From: Antedon mediterranea
Lineage: Eukaryota; Animalia; Echinodermata
Assembly: GCF_964355755.1 (NCBI RefSeq)
Contig: NC_092672.1
Location: 21,341,237-21,405,236, forward strand
Reading direction: 5' to 3'
Length of the DNA stretch: 64,000 bases
Part shown: piece by piece, positions 48,697-61,820 of the stretch
Layout of the letters: each line of letters begins with the position of its first letter
Position numbering within the stretch: position 1 is the first letter of the stretch
Program-made: the position numbers and the translations under genes
The notes under the pieces: model-generated
Database searches by the model: none
What the model was told of the DNA's origin: nothing
What the model saw: only the letters and a program-made list of their open reading frames with translations

Positions 48697-50638
48697 TTAA
48701 GCTAGGCCTCGTAGTAGGCCTAGGACCACATGTTAGGTTTTTCAGCCTAATTTATCATGCAGTATACCTCTAGCCCATCTTTCAAATACATATTTAAATT
48801 AAGATACTTTTTATATTTCTATATTTTTTATAGGATCTGACTCCAGAAAACATTTGCATCACTTGAAAGCGGCTATTTATGGACAGCATGTTGACATTCA
48901 AAAAAATTTGACCAGCTCTTATTAATTAAATGTCTTTTAAATTAAAGGTTTTCATTATAATGAAATGTACGGTGACAGAAATTTAAATGATTCTCATAAT
49001 TGAGGTTTCTCATAGATTTAATATTGAAGGTAAATAAATAAAGCTGTTTGTTATTCTTGCCTTTAGAAATAAACATGTTGTTAGTACTATATTATTAGGC
49101 CTAGGCCATTATACAAATTAAAACTAAAAAATACAATAATCATATTTAAGGCCTACACAGCAGTACGTTACTTGATTTGATTTTTTTCAAATATTTAATT
49201 GATGAAATAAATGAGTTTGACTTTTCAATTAGTTGCCATTTTATTAGTTTCTGTGTGTTTTTATTTATATTCTTAAAATAATTGTATACAACAACTTTAA
49301 AGTATTGCGAAGAAGTGATCAAATTATAGTAGGCCTATTTGTATGTTATTGTCGCTTAAAATTATGCAGTTAAAGTATTTGATTTTAGGGTGACAGAAAC
49401 GGTTAGGCAAGAAAAGAAATAAATTTGGGAATTTTGTTATGCGGTAAAAACAATTAAACATAATTTACCCCTAATGCATGTAAATGTAGAAAACATTGCT
49501 TATGTTAGCGCGACCGAAACTCGCTACTGGGAATAGAGCCTGCAAAAGCGACGCGTACACACCTACTCGGGCACCGGCGGAGCGCGATCGAAAGTAAATA
49601 TACCCGATTTCAAATGATCATAAAATTCTTTTAAAAAATATCAACATTTTGATTTTTTGAGGATTAAAAGTAAAGATATTGAAATTTAACATGCTATTTA
49701 CAAATATGTATTTAAAAATTCGGAAACAATTTTAGCGTGATATTAAAACAAACTTTTTAGAGTTCCGCGATTTCCTACGCAGGATTTGTTTGTTTTCATT
49801 GTTAATGGGCGAATGTTACCTAAACTAGAATCGTTATAAATCTTTTAAATTTGTATTATAAGTAATTTCTTTAGTATTCTTAGTAACATCGAATGTCTCT
49901 AATTAACTAGCAGTTATTTATACTAACTATTGTTCAATAATAAGCGTGTATGAAGTGAAAATCTATAGTAATAATGTTCTTAGTCAGTTCGTCTCGCTCG
50001 CGTGAAGTCTTCGGGTTTCTCAATACAATTCTCAGCGGTAAGATAGGCTCGCGCTAATAATAGGCCTTACGGTGAAGATGAAAACATTTTTTCTTGTTCC
50101 TCATTAAGCATAATAAGTGAACTCTCTTGATTCATATACATAAAAATAAATTAATCACGTATTAAAAAGTTCCACGAAAATTTTCCTGACATTTTAAAGA
50201 AATCTTGATTTTAAAAGTATAAAAGAATATATTTTCGCAGTTGCCATTTTGTATCACATGACATCAGTTAAACCAATCATACGCGACGTTTAGGCAGCAG
50301 ACGTCAAAATCAGCACGATGTAAACACGAAATGGCGTCCGACGAGGAAGGATCTTCTCGCTCAGACAAAGTAAAGTTGAAATGTTTTTTCCAAATTTACA
50401 AGCATTCAAATGAAATTATCAGTCCAATTACTGAGATTCGATGGAATAAAGTGTGGATCAGGTGCCGTTTTCGGCCACATCGACTTATATGGACTATACC
50501 ATTATTATGCTAGGGGTGTGGTGTATTATGTTTTATGTATAGAAGGGTGTCTATTGAATGGGAAGACAATACGATTGTTCTGTTATGTAACCTACAGTAC
50601 AAACTACAAGGAACAATACAAAACATCAAAAACTAGCA

Positions 50639-51549
50639 ATGCATGTACTTTTTATAAGGCATGTTATTATTAGGTACTGTGTTAGGGAATACCAAGATTT
50701 TGTAACAATATTATTTACTATAGGCCTATTAACTAAAGATATTTTAAATAAAAAAAATTTTATAGACAAATTTAATAAAGAACCATCTACTAACTGGAAA
50801 ACCCATTTAGGAAAAATAATAAAACAAGTTGATCATAACGAGTGGTTTTTAAAGGCCCAAATGCAAAACGAAATTCCATCCAAAACAACGTTAACGGAAT
50901 ATACTATGTATAAAGGAACTCCAAACCTTGAACAATATGTGTTAGATAAAACTAATTTTAGGAGTATCAATTTAAAATTTAAAGCAAAATCAAACTCTTG
51001 AGGGTCAAGGATTATGTAAGATGTGTAGTACTAACGAAAACAGTAAACCAGTTTTTATTTAAATGTCCTTCATTAAACTCTGTTCACTTTATGCTAGACA
51101 ATTTATTCACTGAAAATGAAACATTCCTTGATTTTTATTGTAAAAAATATTTAATGAAAGCATGGGTTACTAGATCTACAATGTTATCAGCATTACCTCT
51201 CTCAACTAATTGATTATAGTAAACAGAAATCCAGTAAACAAGCTACAGACATCTCTATGAGGATGTATCTGTAAGTTTGATTTATTTATTAGGCCTATCA
51301 GTGTATTTTTGTTGTTCTGTTTTTATTTTTGTAGTTATATATATTGTACAATTTACATATTATGTATTTTCATACAGATCTAATTAATTAATTAGTTTAC
51401 ATTTTGTTTTGATGTTATGTATTAGTATTTAGAACTTTCTGGCTTATGTTATTTGTAATTTTGTCTGTAAATTGGATGCACCATTAACTGATAAATGTGT
51501 GACACCGATATAAAGGTGATTCCTATAAATAAATAAATAAATAAATAAA
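50639..51549 (+). mobile_element. LINE 3' fragment with a (TAAA)n tail, related to the 25572 LINE
   Basis: KTTLTEY..LKFKAKSNS parallels KSTLSEY..LKFKARSNS; tail taaataaataaa. Confidence 0.7.
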
Positions 51550-51879
51550 AACTATATAAGTAGGTATACTTACTTATTATATATAAAAACTAAACTAAAC
51601 ACTACAGTATAATCAAAAGTAAAGCATATTAAATACTAGGCCTATGTTATTCCTATCTGGATTTAAACACTTCAAATTTAGTACAATCGGATTCGAAATT
51701 AGAAAATCTTAAATACTACAATACAATCGGAATTAAAACATCCTAAATACTACAGTACAATCGCTATTAATATATCCTACTAAATACTACATTACTATCG
51801 GTTAAATTACCTAAACTCTATAATGTTGTGAAAGATGTAAAAGAATGTTGGCAAATGCATTCTAATCGGCCCAATCATA

Positions 51880-52420
51880 GCGGTAGATAAATCATATTTT
51901 TTATTTTCTTGAACTAAACATAAATAAAACGAAAGAAATAAGGATTGATTTTCGAAAACATAATTGCAGGTCTGACAGTATACATTAATTAAAGTAAAGG
52001 AAGTAGAGATTGTTAACAATTATAAGTATCGGCAGTAGTGTTTGACTAAAGCTTAAATGGGTGGACATGTTGATCGTAGTTAAGAAGTTAAATACAAGGC
52101 TGACGTACTGCTTGAGGAAACTTGGTTCTTTGGGGTAAAGCAGGATATTTGTACTATAGAATGTTTATGTTTTACTAATCAGTGATGTTCTATTTGGGAA
52201 TATTGTATATTGGGCTAGGAATATCAGTAAGGGAATGTAAGGGGGATAAAGACCGAATTGAGAAGGTGCTGGGTAGAGCGTGGAAAGTAATTGGTTTGTC
52301 TATGCAAATGCTTGACTCGTTCTACAGCGAACGGCTTGCCGATGTATTCCATGTTATATTGGAAGACACCAATCATCCTCTTCATGGCGACATTAGCAGC
52401 TCCGTTTTGCATTCGCTATT
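51880..52420 (+). mobile_element. Degenerate LINE RT C-terminal fragment
   Basis: EIVNNYKY, LRKLGSFGV-like and D.NHPLH motifs; broken frames. Confidence 0.55.
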
Positions 52421-55400
52421 ATAACGTTTTGATGCAAACGTTGGTCAATTAGAACATGTATTTCTACACAGAAACGTTTAAAAACGTGTTTAAAACGTTT
52501 TAGAAAAACCAAACCTAAAAACACGCAATGTCAAATGCTGTGTTTTCTGGGAACAAAATGGTACAGATTCATTGACAAAATTTTATTGTTTATTTGTTTT
52601 ACTGATTACCTAATAATCAGTATGTTAAGATCTTATTAAATGTACTACTGTCATCTTTATTAAATGTACTAATGCGTTAGGTAAATTATATTTGTAACTG
52701 GAATAAAAACTTTCTTTATATACTTTTTGTATTTATAAATCTGTAAAAATTATATAGAAATAAAGAGCCATAATATACTGCATTAAGTTGAAAACTGAAG
52801 TTTATTCTACAGCATGCAGGGCGTAGTTGTTTTCCCTTTGTTGCTGAAACATAATGCACTAAACAAAAGAACAAAAGCAGCAGTATTTTAACACATTAAC
52901 ACACTCAATTAATAAATGGGACACCCCTATTTTCCCATCTTTTTATAATGGTATAGTCCATACAAGTCGAGGTGGCCGAAAACGGCACCTGATTCTAAAG
53001 TGTTGCTCTGTTCAAAGAGTTTGATAAAATTAGATGGAGACGGCAAGGAAATCGCCATACATTTGACGGAGCTTGGTATGTCTGATGAAGGTAAATCGTT
53101 TGACGATGTCGTACGCGAGCATCCAGGCTTAGGTTTTCATGCTACCTGTTACAGGCGATATACTGATACATCTCGACTAAAAAAGGTAATATTTGGTTTA
53201 TTATTATCAGAATACTCTAAGAGTTAATAATATAGTTAAATGATACAGTATATAGGGTGCTACTGCACTTACTTATAGATCTATACTATATTGTGCCCTT
53301 AGTTTCTGTGCTTGGTTGTTGATTGGGCTTTCTACTACTGTAGTACCAGTACTACTAGCTACGTAGGCCATATTATATTATACAGTATATATTATTCAGT
53401 AGGCTACAAAATTAATTTTAGTTAAATACCAATATAGGCTCTATATAAGACAAAATAAAATGCTGTATAAATTAATTATACGTTGAAATTGATGTTTATT
53501 TTAGGCTGAAACAAGAGTTGCCAAAAAGAGATCCCAAGCAGGAGACAGTGAGAGCCCAGATGAGCCACCAGTTAAGAGGGCCAAGCATTTTTTGAGAAGT
53601 AGTTCAGCCACAGCAATGGTTCAAAAAGCCACAATTTTGCCAAAGAAATGTATCATTTGTAAATTGCAAGACAAATTAGTGACGATCCAAGGCAAAAGAG
53701 GTCATGATACATTAAGAAAGGCTTTAACAGATGATGCAGGTAATTATTTGAAGAAAAAAAATTCACTTGTTATTGTTGTTTCTCCTATCCTTGAAATTTG
53801 TAAACATATGGTTAATTAATCAATCTGCTTTCTAATCCCCATCCTATAATGAGTTTTGCAGACTCAACTGATGTAATCCAATTAGAAAACCTTCCTACTG
53901 TACAGCATAATGAGGTGTTCCAGGACATTTCTTCCATGTGAACCTTTGCTATATAGTGTAATCATGGAGCTATACATTTGATATCTCCATGCTGTAGTTA
54001 TGCATAACAAAATATCATTTCAATCATTTAGGAATTACACACTATTGCTTTTGTTGATTTGATTTATGACAGGAATGTTGCGAAAAGCTGCAGAAATGAG
54101 AGAGGACGAAAGTATTTTAAAAGACATTCGAGGCAAAAGCTGTGCTTGTATTGAAGTGCGATATCATGACCAATGTTACAAAAACTACACCAAAATAGTT
54201 GTTAATTCACGTAAACAACATGATTCTGGAAAGTGAGTAAAACGTAACTTTCTAAAACTCTGTTGGTTTTTTTAATTTACATTTTTAATTTTTTTTTTAT
54301 TTGCTTCAGTCTAAATGTTGAATTTTTAAACACCAAAATCTATAAAATATTAAAATATATTTTAATAATACAGTATTTATTATTATTTACAGGGAATTGG
54401 AAAGTGTTTTTTTAACATATAAGCAAAGCTATAAGGTATTTTGCAGAGATGTAATTGATAAACGGTTACAGTATGGACAGGAGATACTAAGACTCGCAAA
54501 ACTCCAAAAGCTTTTCATGAAATCAATTGAAAAAACAGAAAAAGTTTACTTGTCAACTATAAGGTAGGCTGTCGATCCCTTCTAAAAAACGATGAAATAA
54601 TTTTGTAATATTTTTGAGATCCAGTTACTGTAATAATTTCTTCATTGTATCTGTGTTACAATTAATTATAATCAATTAATGTGTTATTTATAGATCAGAC
54701 GTGTTGAAGAAGAAGCTCAGGATGGATTATCCTAACCTAATTTTTCATTCACCCACAAGAAGGTTAGTTGCTTAGTGTGTTTATATTAAATGATTATTTC
54801 ACCAGGGATAATTTAAAAAAAAAATCTTTTTGTGGATTGGTCAAACTAAATATTTTATTTATTTTTTCTTAATTAGAAATGAATCAGTTCTGGTGTACTT
54901 TAGCAATGTATCCCCTGGATTTGTGGCTGATCCATTTTTGTCATAAGGAAAAAGTACAACGGAGACAGATGAATCATCAAAGTATGACATAGATATTCCA
55001 ACTACTTCTACAACACACGAAATCTCCACTGATGGTGACAATAGAGACAAACTAAGGACTCTATATTTTGCAGGTACGGTTAAAATACAATAACTTGTAT
55101 ATATTGGTTTATTTTTAAATAACAACAATAAATGTTATTGCATAATTAAGGAAATGCTGTGGATCAAAGAGGTGAAAGCTGTATGCACTCAAAAAACAAA
55201 ACTGTTATGATAGTAAGTGGTGTCGATCATAAATGCTGTACACAATACAGTATATGCTTTATATAAATTTATTATTACTATGTTTCATTCACCCAATGCT
55301 ATAAAATGTACTTGCAGGTACGATAGTAAATAATGCCATCAAATCAAACAAAGGTATGCAGAGTGAATGGCCTCCAAGAGCAGCGGACATTAATGATGTT

Positions 55401-55899
55401 GACATATCTGAAATTGTGCCATATGAGTTGTTTAATCTAATCGCAAAGTGTGTTGGTGCTGCAGAAGATACTATACAAACCTCATTTTCAGATGTTACTG
55501 AAGAAACTCGAACGAAAATTTTATCGATATGCCAGGACATCCTGTACCTTGCTTGGAAAGGAAGAAGGCAGACTCCAAAGTCACTTGCTCTAGGATTAAC
55601 TGTTCGAGTGTGAATGAGATGAGTATGAAAACAGGACAAGAGAAGAAGAAGAAGAAAAAGAAGACAAACCAGACTATGGCATTGAAGATGATGAATTAGA
55701 CTATGGTGAATTAGACTATGAGGAAGATGAATATGAAATATAGTTTATATGGTTTTGAATGCAACAAAATCATCATAAAAAGTAACTGTAATGTAATAGG
55801 CCTACACTATAACCAATGTGAAACACTAACCATGGTTATGCAAACAGAAACTGTGAGCATGTGAATAAAAAAAAGATTTAAAAAAAATGAAAACAAAAT

Positions 55900-56240
55900 G
55901 GAAACCATGAGAATATAAATAAATAATATAACCATGAGAATATAATAATAAAAACTGTAACCATGAGAATATAAATAAATAATGTAACCACGAGAATATA
56001 ATAATAAAAACTGTAACCATGAGAATATAAATAAATAATATAACCATGAGAATATAATAATAAAAACTGTAACCATGAGAATATAAATAAATAATTTAAC
56101 CATGAGAATATAATAATAAAAACTGTAACCATGAGAATATAAAGAAAAATAGTAACTATGAGAATATAAAGAAATTGTGTAACCATTAAAAGAAATTGTG
56201 TAACCATGAGAATATAAAGAAAAATATTAACCATGAGAAT
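55900..56240. repeat. AT-rich 27-29-bp tandem repeat (taaccatgagaatata) inside the Academ-like element
   Basis: Core motif recurs ~12 times. Confidence 0.85.
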
Positions 56241-59200
56241 AAATACAATTACATAGAAACAAAACAAATATTTGATGTTTGTATTTTATTTAATAATTTA
56301 AATTTACTATTGCATTGGTGTTTATTACTAGGAATATTATGTGTTCTATATGTTTCACAGTTAAATCATATCAGTTACTATGTACATCCTACGGTATAAA
56401 CTTAGCATTATTGCTGCTGTATTTCTACTGCTATTAATAGCCTACCTGTCGGGAGAAACCATTATACGAACAGTTGAAGCCATTTGTAATTATAAATGTT
56501 TTAATGTCGGGGGATAATTATTAACTCTAAATTTCAATTTTAGAGTTAATATAAATTTGTATTCACCAAATTTATTTAAGAAAATAAAGAATAAATCTAT
56601 TTTGATAATAAATAACTTGTCTATATATTTCTTATAAACCGTGATAATAATAGTACAGTCTAGTTATAGTGCGCCACCAGTTGTTTCAGCCTCGCTATTT
56701 CGTAAGAAATCGTTGGCATATTTACCAATTTTAACGGTAATTTTCTACCAAACGCCAGGTATTTTTTTGTGGAACTTTTACTTTTTGTACTATTAGTATT
56801 TATTTAGAACAGTATATGTGGTAAAAAAGTATTATGCTTGATGAGGAACGGGATTGCTTTTCCAGGCATCATTTCAGCTTCGCCGTAAGGCCTATAATAT
56901 TTAAATCAAAAGCGCTCTCAAAACACTTTTTGTCCAAAATTCGCAATATGACGTGAGTGTGATATAGCTAGTTTTAGTGGCTATGGCTAGTTTTAGTGGC
57001 GTACATGGTAAACACACTGTGTATTGATTAGCAAAAATATTAACATTCAGAATTAAATAGTCAAAGATTTAAATGTTTTATTGGTATAGCTTTATTCAAT
57101 ATTTTTTATTATTGACCTGACTAAATTTTAAACTTATCTTGTAAAGATAAAGTAAAATGTTGGTGTTCTATGTATTAATCACTGCCGATGATTTAGAAAG
57201 GTTTAATAAGCTCTCTAAACATACTTGCTAACAGTACATTTGCTAAAGCCAAATTAGTAGAGTTAGAGTTACTGCATCAATATATATTTCATATTCTATT
57301 TTAATAAATGATATACAACCTTTTTTGTATTGTATTTTTGTTGTCTTTTAAATCTCAACGCGAGTCACAAGTAAACTCATTATATAATGTTAAGGTAAAT
57401 TGGTTGGTTTCAACATAGGCAATTGACTATGGTACCAAAATAATAAATGATGTTTGTTATTATTATGGTATCTCTGAATTTACTAAATGACTTGGCTATT
57501 GACTTGCCTAATGCAAATGAGATCATTTGTAGAAATTAGACTTACAAAATTTGATTAATGGCCAATATCACCTTTTTATGATTGACAGACTTACTAAACA
57601 GGACGAAAGGTATGGAGATGGGATCATTCACTGTATAACAGCAATTATATAAATCTCTACCATATTTTCGACCCCTAGTGTGTAATTTTTCAATATAAAA
57701 TTGACTAATGGTTGCCAAGGTATGGGACATATTTTTAATATAGTATCATTATGTCTATAATTATATTTTGTATTAGAAAACTTTTGTCTAAATTTTATTT
57801 TGTTTACTTGCATGTTTGTGGAAATACAATTTTTTTTAAAGAATAAAAAACCTGACATAGTTCATATTTTGACACACCACCTGATTACGCAAATTACATT
57901 CTCTTTTGGTTGGCATAGCTTAATAGTGTTTATCCTTAAAATTCAGGAAAGTGGCATAGCCTATCGTATGCGGCCCATCAATAAACATCAGTGTGCCAAA
58001 TGTGAGCATGTACCGTTCAGTGGTTTTGGAGGAGATATGTAAAATACGCGAACAATTTAGTAGCATTAATATATAGATTGCTTTATACATTGATACCAAA
58101 AATTATGAGCATGAAAAACTGCACTTACAGATATTTGTGTCCCTACCCCAAAATTGTCCAAAACTGTGGAGCTGATTGGAATAATTAGAAATGCGTTAAA
58201 ATCCCACCTTTCATATTCCGTTATGGTAATTACTTTATTCCTATATACCATTTACTATTATTTACTAATTTGATTTTAGTTACTTTTTGTTTTTGTTCAG
58301 GCACTTTCAACACAAGCTTTTGCTTTTTAGAAATGGTGCCTCCTTCATGATATTGTTTTATTCATTTTAAAGATTAGAAAAAAAATTGTATTGTTTTAAC
58401 TATCTTTCTTCTCGTCATGAATTTTGTATTATATTATTTATTTTGTATATTATGAAGGAATTAAATGTTACTATGAAAAAAATATGTAATGTTAACATTG
58501 ATTTTTGTGTTCACTGGATATAGATGACAAAATATGTACGTAGTGTAGACCTCTCATATCCCATGCACTGTATTTTGTTGCTTGTAACCCGTTTTTCCCT
58601 TGACTTCTTCAATGCTCTAACTTGTGGCCATGTCAAGAACTTATAATCACAAGATGATTCCTGATTCCTGATTCTTGTTAATCTTCCTCTGGCCAACAGC
58701 ATAGACCACTTTCATTAGTCTGTGTGCAAGGCTATCAAACAACTTGATAGCCACAATGTACTTCATCGAAGTGAAAATCTAAATTCTTGAACTATGATCT
58801 AATCGGATGCTATAAAGGATATTACTTTTATAATTTACAGTCACTTTCTTTTTATGCATAAAAATAGAATAAAAGAATACTAAAATCAAACATTGAAAAG
58901 TCATTTTGTAGTTTTAATCAGGTTATTTAAAAAATAATGATTTACCTTATAAAAAATAAAAACAGTAAATCAAATAAAAACCCATTGAATTTCAGAAAAT
59001 GGGCTTCCAGTTTACTACTCTTTTTTAAATTTTATTAGGTTAAATAATTTTTCGTTTCCATCAATTTTTTTGTCAAAGTGAATAACTAGTGTAACATTTA
59101 AAAAAAAAAAATATGGGGGTCATTCACGCATTTGATCTTTAACATTGTATCTACAGAAGAAAGCACAGATAAAATGTTATTTTAAAGCTTTAAGGCCACA

Positions 59201-59437
59201 TTTATATTTGTACCTAATACATTCTTATTCAAAATACTCAAGTTTAAGATATAAAATAATTGTATATAGTGTATTAATTGACCTTTGACCTAGACTCCAA
59301 AGGCAAAATTAAATTAGTTATTCTGAATTTTAAGAATAATGTTTGTATGTGTTTAAAACATTCTTTAGAGAAAACTTAGTGGTTAAAGAGATAATTAGAG
59401 AAAAGTTTTCAAATGGCAGCCATTTTGAATTTATGGA

Positions 59438-61337
59438 AAACAAGTAATTACTAATACACAACCCATGGTATAGATACTAATATCTATATAGGCCTATATT
59501 AACACAAGTAATTACTAATACACAACCCAGGGTATAGATACTAATATCTATATAGGCCTATATTAACACAAGTAATTACTAATACACAACCCAGGGTATA
59601 GATACTAATATCTATATAGGCCTATATTAAAACAAGTAATTACTAATACACAACCCAGGGTATAGATACTAATATCTATATAGGCCTATATTAAAACAAG
59701 TAATTACTAATACACAACCCATGGTATAGATACTAATATCTATATAGGCCTATATTAACACAAGTAATTACTAATACACAACCCAGGGTAGATACTAATA
59801 TCTATATAGGCCTATATTAACACAAGTAATTACTAATACACAACCCAGGCTAGATACTAATATCTATATAGGCCTATATTAACACAAGTAATTACTAATA
59901 CACAACCCATGGTATAGATACTAATATCTATATAGGCCTATATTAACACAAGTAATTACTAATACACAACCCAGGGTATAGATACTAATATCTATATAGG
60001 CCTATATTAACACAAGTAATTACTAATACACAACCCAGGCTAGATACTAATATCTATATAGGCCTATATTAAAACAAGTAATTACTAATACACAACCCAT
60101 GGTATAGATACTAATATCTACATAGGCCTATATTAAAACAAGTAATTACTAATACACAACCCAGGGTATAGATACTAATATCTATATAGGCCTATATTAA
60201 AACAAGTAATTACTAATACACAACCCAGGCTAGATACTAATATCTATATAGGCCTATATTAAAACAAGTAATTACTAATACACAACCCAGGCTAGATACT
60301 AATATCTATATAGGCCTATATTAACACAAGTAATTACTAATGCACAACCCATGGTATAGATACTAATATCTATATAGGCCTATATTAACACAAGTAATTA
60401 CTAATACACAACCCAGGCTAGATACTAATATCTATATAGGCCTATATTAAAACAAGTAATTACTAATACACAACCCAGGGTATAGATACTAATATCTATA
60501 TAGGCCTATATTAAAACAAGTAATTACTAATACACAACCCAGGCTAGATACTAATATCTATATAGGCCTATATTAAAACAAGTAATTACTAATACACAAC
60601 CCAGGCTAGATACTAATATCTATATAGGCCTATATTAACACAAGTAATTACTAATGCACAACCCATGGTATAGATACTAATATCTATATAGGCCTATATT
60701 AACACAAGTAATTACTAATACACAACCCAGGCTAGATACTAATATCTATATAGGCCTATATTAAAACAAGTAATTACTAATACACAACCCAGGGTATAGA
60801 TACTAATATCTACATAGGCCTATATTAAAACAAGTAATTAATAATACACAACCCAGGGTATAGATACTAATATCTACATAGGCCTATATTAACACAAGTA
60901 ATTACTAATACACAACCCAGGGTATAGATACTAATATCTACATAGGCCTATATTAACACAAGTAATTACTAATACACAACCCAGGGTATAGATACTAATA
61001 TCTACATAGCCCTATATTAAAACAAGTAATTACTAATACACAACCCAGGGTATAGATACTAATATCTATATAGGCCTATATTAAAACAAGTAATTACTAA
61101 TACACAACCCAAGGTATAGATACTAATATCTATATAGGCCTATATTAACACAAGTAATTACTAATACACAACCTAGGGTAGATACTAATATCTATATAGG
61201 CCTATATTAAAACAAGTAATTACTAATACACAACCCAGGGTATAGATACTAATATCTATATAGGCCTATATTAACACAAGTAATTACTAATACACAACCC
61301 AGGGTATAGATACTAATATCTATATAGGCCTATATTA
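59438..61337. repeat. 62-64-bp satellite, ~30 units, containing short palindromes
   Basis: aacacaagtaattactaatacacaacccagggtatagatactaatatctatataggcctatatt repeated. Confidence 0.95.
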
Positions 61338-61606
61338 TGATTTACGAAATCGCTTCGCTCGCGTACCATCTAGGTCGTGCTCACAGATGGTTCTCGAATA
61401 CATAATAATTTCAGCGTTAAAAAACTGGCGATTTCAAATATATACGTACCGCAGGACAATAATACATGTCGTTTACAGGAACGAATAAATAGACACTGTG
61501 ATTTATGTACTCAACTAAAATTAGCACCCTGGGAATTACTTGTCACAAAATGAGACAAATTGTTAAGTCAAATTTAAACAAACTTAATTTGTGTTTTGTA
61601 TGTAAC

Positions 61607-61820
61607 ATTAGGGTTGAGGGATGGGGAAGAGGATGGGTGGAAAGAAAGAGGAACAATTTTTAAATATATTCTTTATCTATTTAGTAACGAAATATTAATT
61701 GTTTTCATGTTTTACAAATAATATACCACTAAACACAGTAAAACATTGCGATGTAATACTTTGTTGAAACTATAACCGTCCGTCCAAGTCAATTGAAATA
61801 GTACAGTACATGTAACGATG
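61607..61820. repeat. Dispersed repeat; inverted diverged copy at ~30113-30290
   Basis: attagggttgagggatgggga...tacatgtaacga versus tcgttacatgta...cccatccctcaaccctaat. Confidence 0.65.

Larger units (their letters stand above)
50455..52995. mobile_element. TIR element with an 8-bp TSD, inserted in transposase exon 1 and carrying LINE fragments
   Basis: ~51-bp TIR g(g/a)atcaggtgccgttttcggccac..actataccattat; TSD TAAAGTGT; its removal restores RWNKVLLCSK. Confidence 0.85.
50331..55613 (+). pseudogene. Intron-containing transposase N-terminal half (exons 50331-50454+53004-53185, 53505-53739, 54073-54232, 54393-54563, 54694-54762, 54877-55073, 55318-55613)
   Basis: FHATCYRRYT, ILPKKCIICK, IEVRYHDQCYKNYTK and QTPKSLALGLTV motifs; in-frame TAA near 54944; truncated before the catalytic region, with an acidic C-tail remnant at ~55670-55743. 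Confidence 0.75.
50061..56894 (+). mobile_element. Academ-like DNA transposon, internally deleted
   Basis: TAG..CTA termini; imperfect TIRs (taggccttacgg.gaag.tgaaa; gttcctcat.aagcataata; aaaaagttccac); 3-bp TSD TAA; carries a spliced transposase remnant. Confidence 0.72.

Noticed and set aside
47370-49030. Possible promoter and exon remnants of another gene (47520-47597, 48835-49029)
   Set aside because: Splice-like sites are present, but there is no sustained frame or recognisable motif
55807-56267. Hydrophobic multi-pass membrane ORFs
   Set aside because: Translation of an AT-rich tandem repeat
58545-58830. Minus-strand exon-like segment with a faint DED-like phrase (AIKLFDSLAHR)
   Set aside because: Stops in the frames I examined and similarity too weak to call
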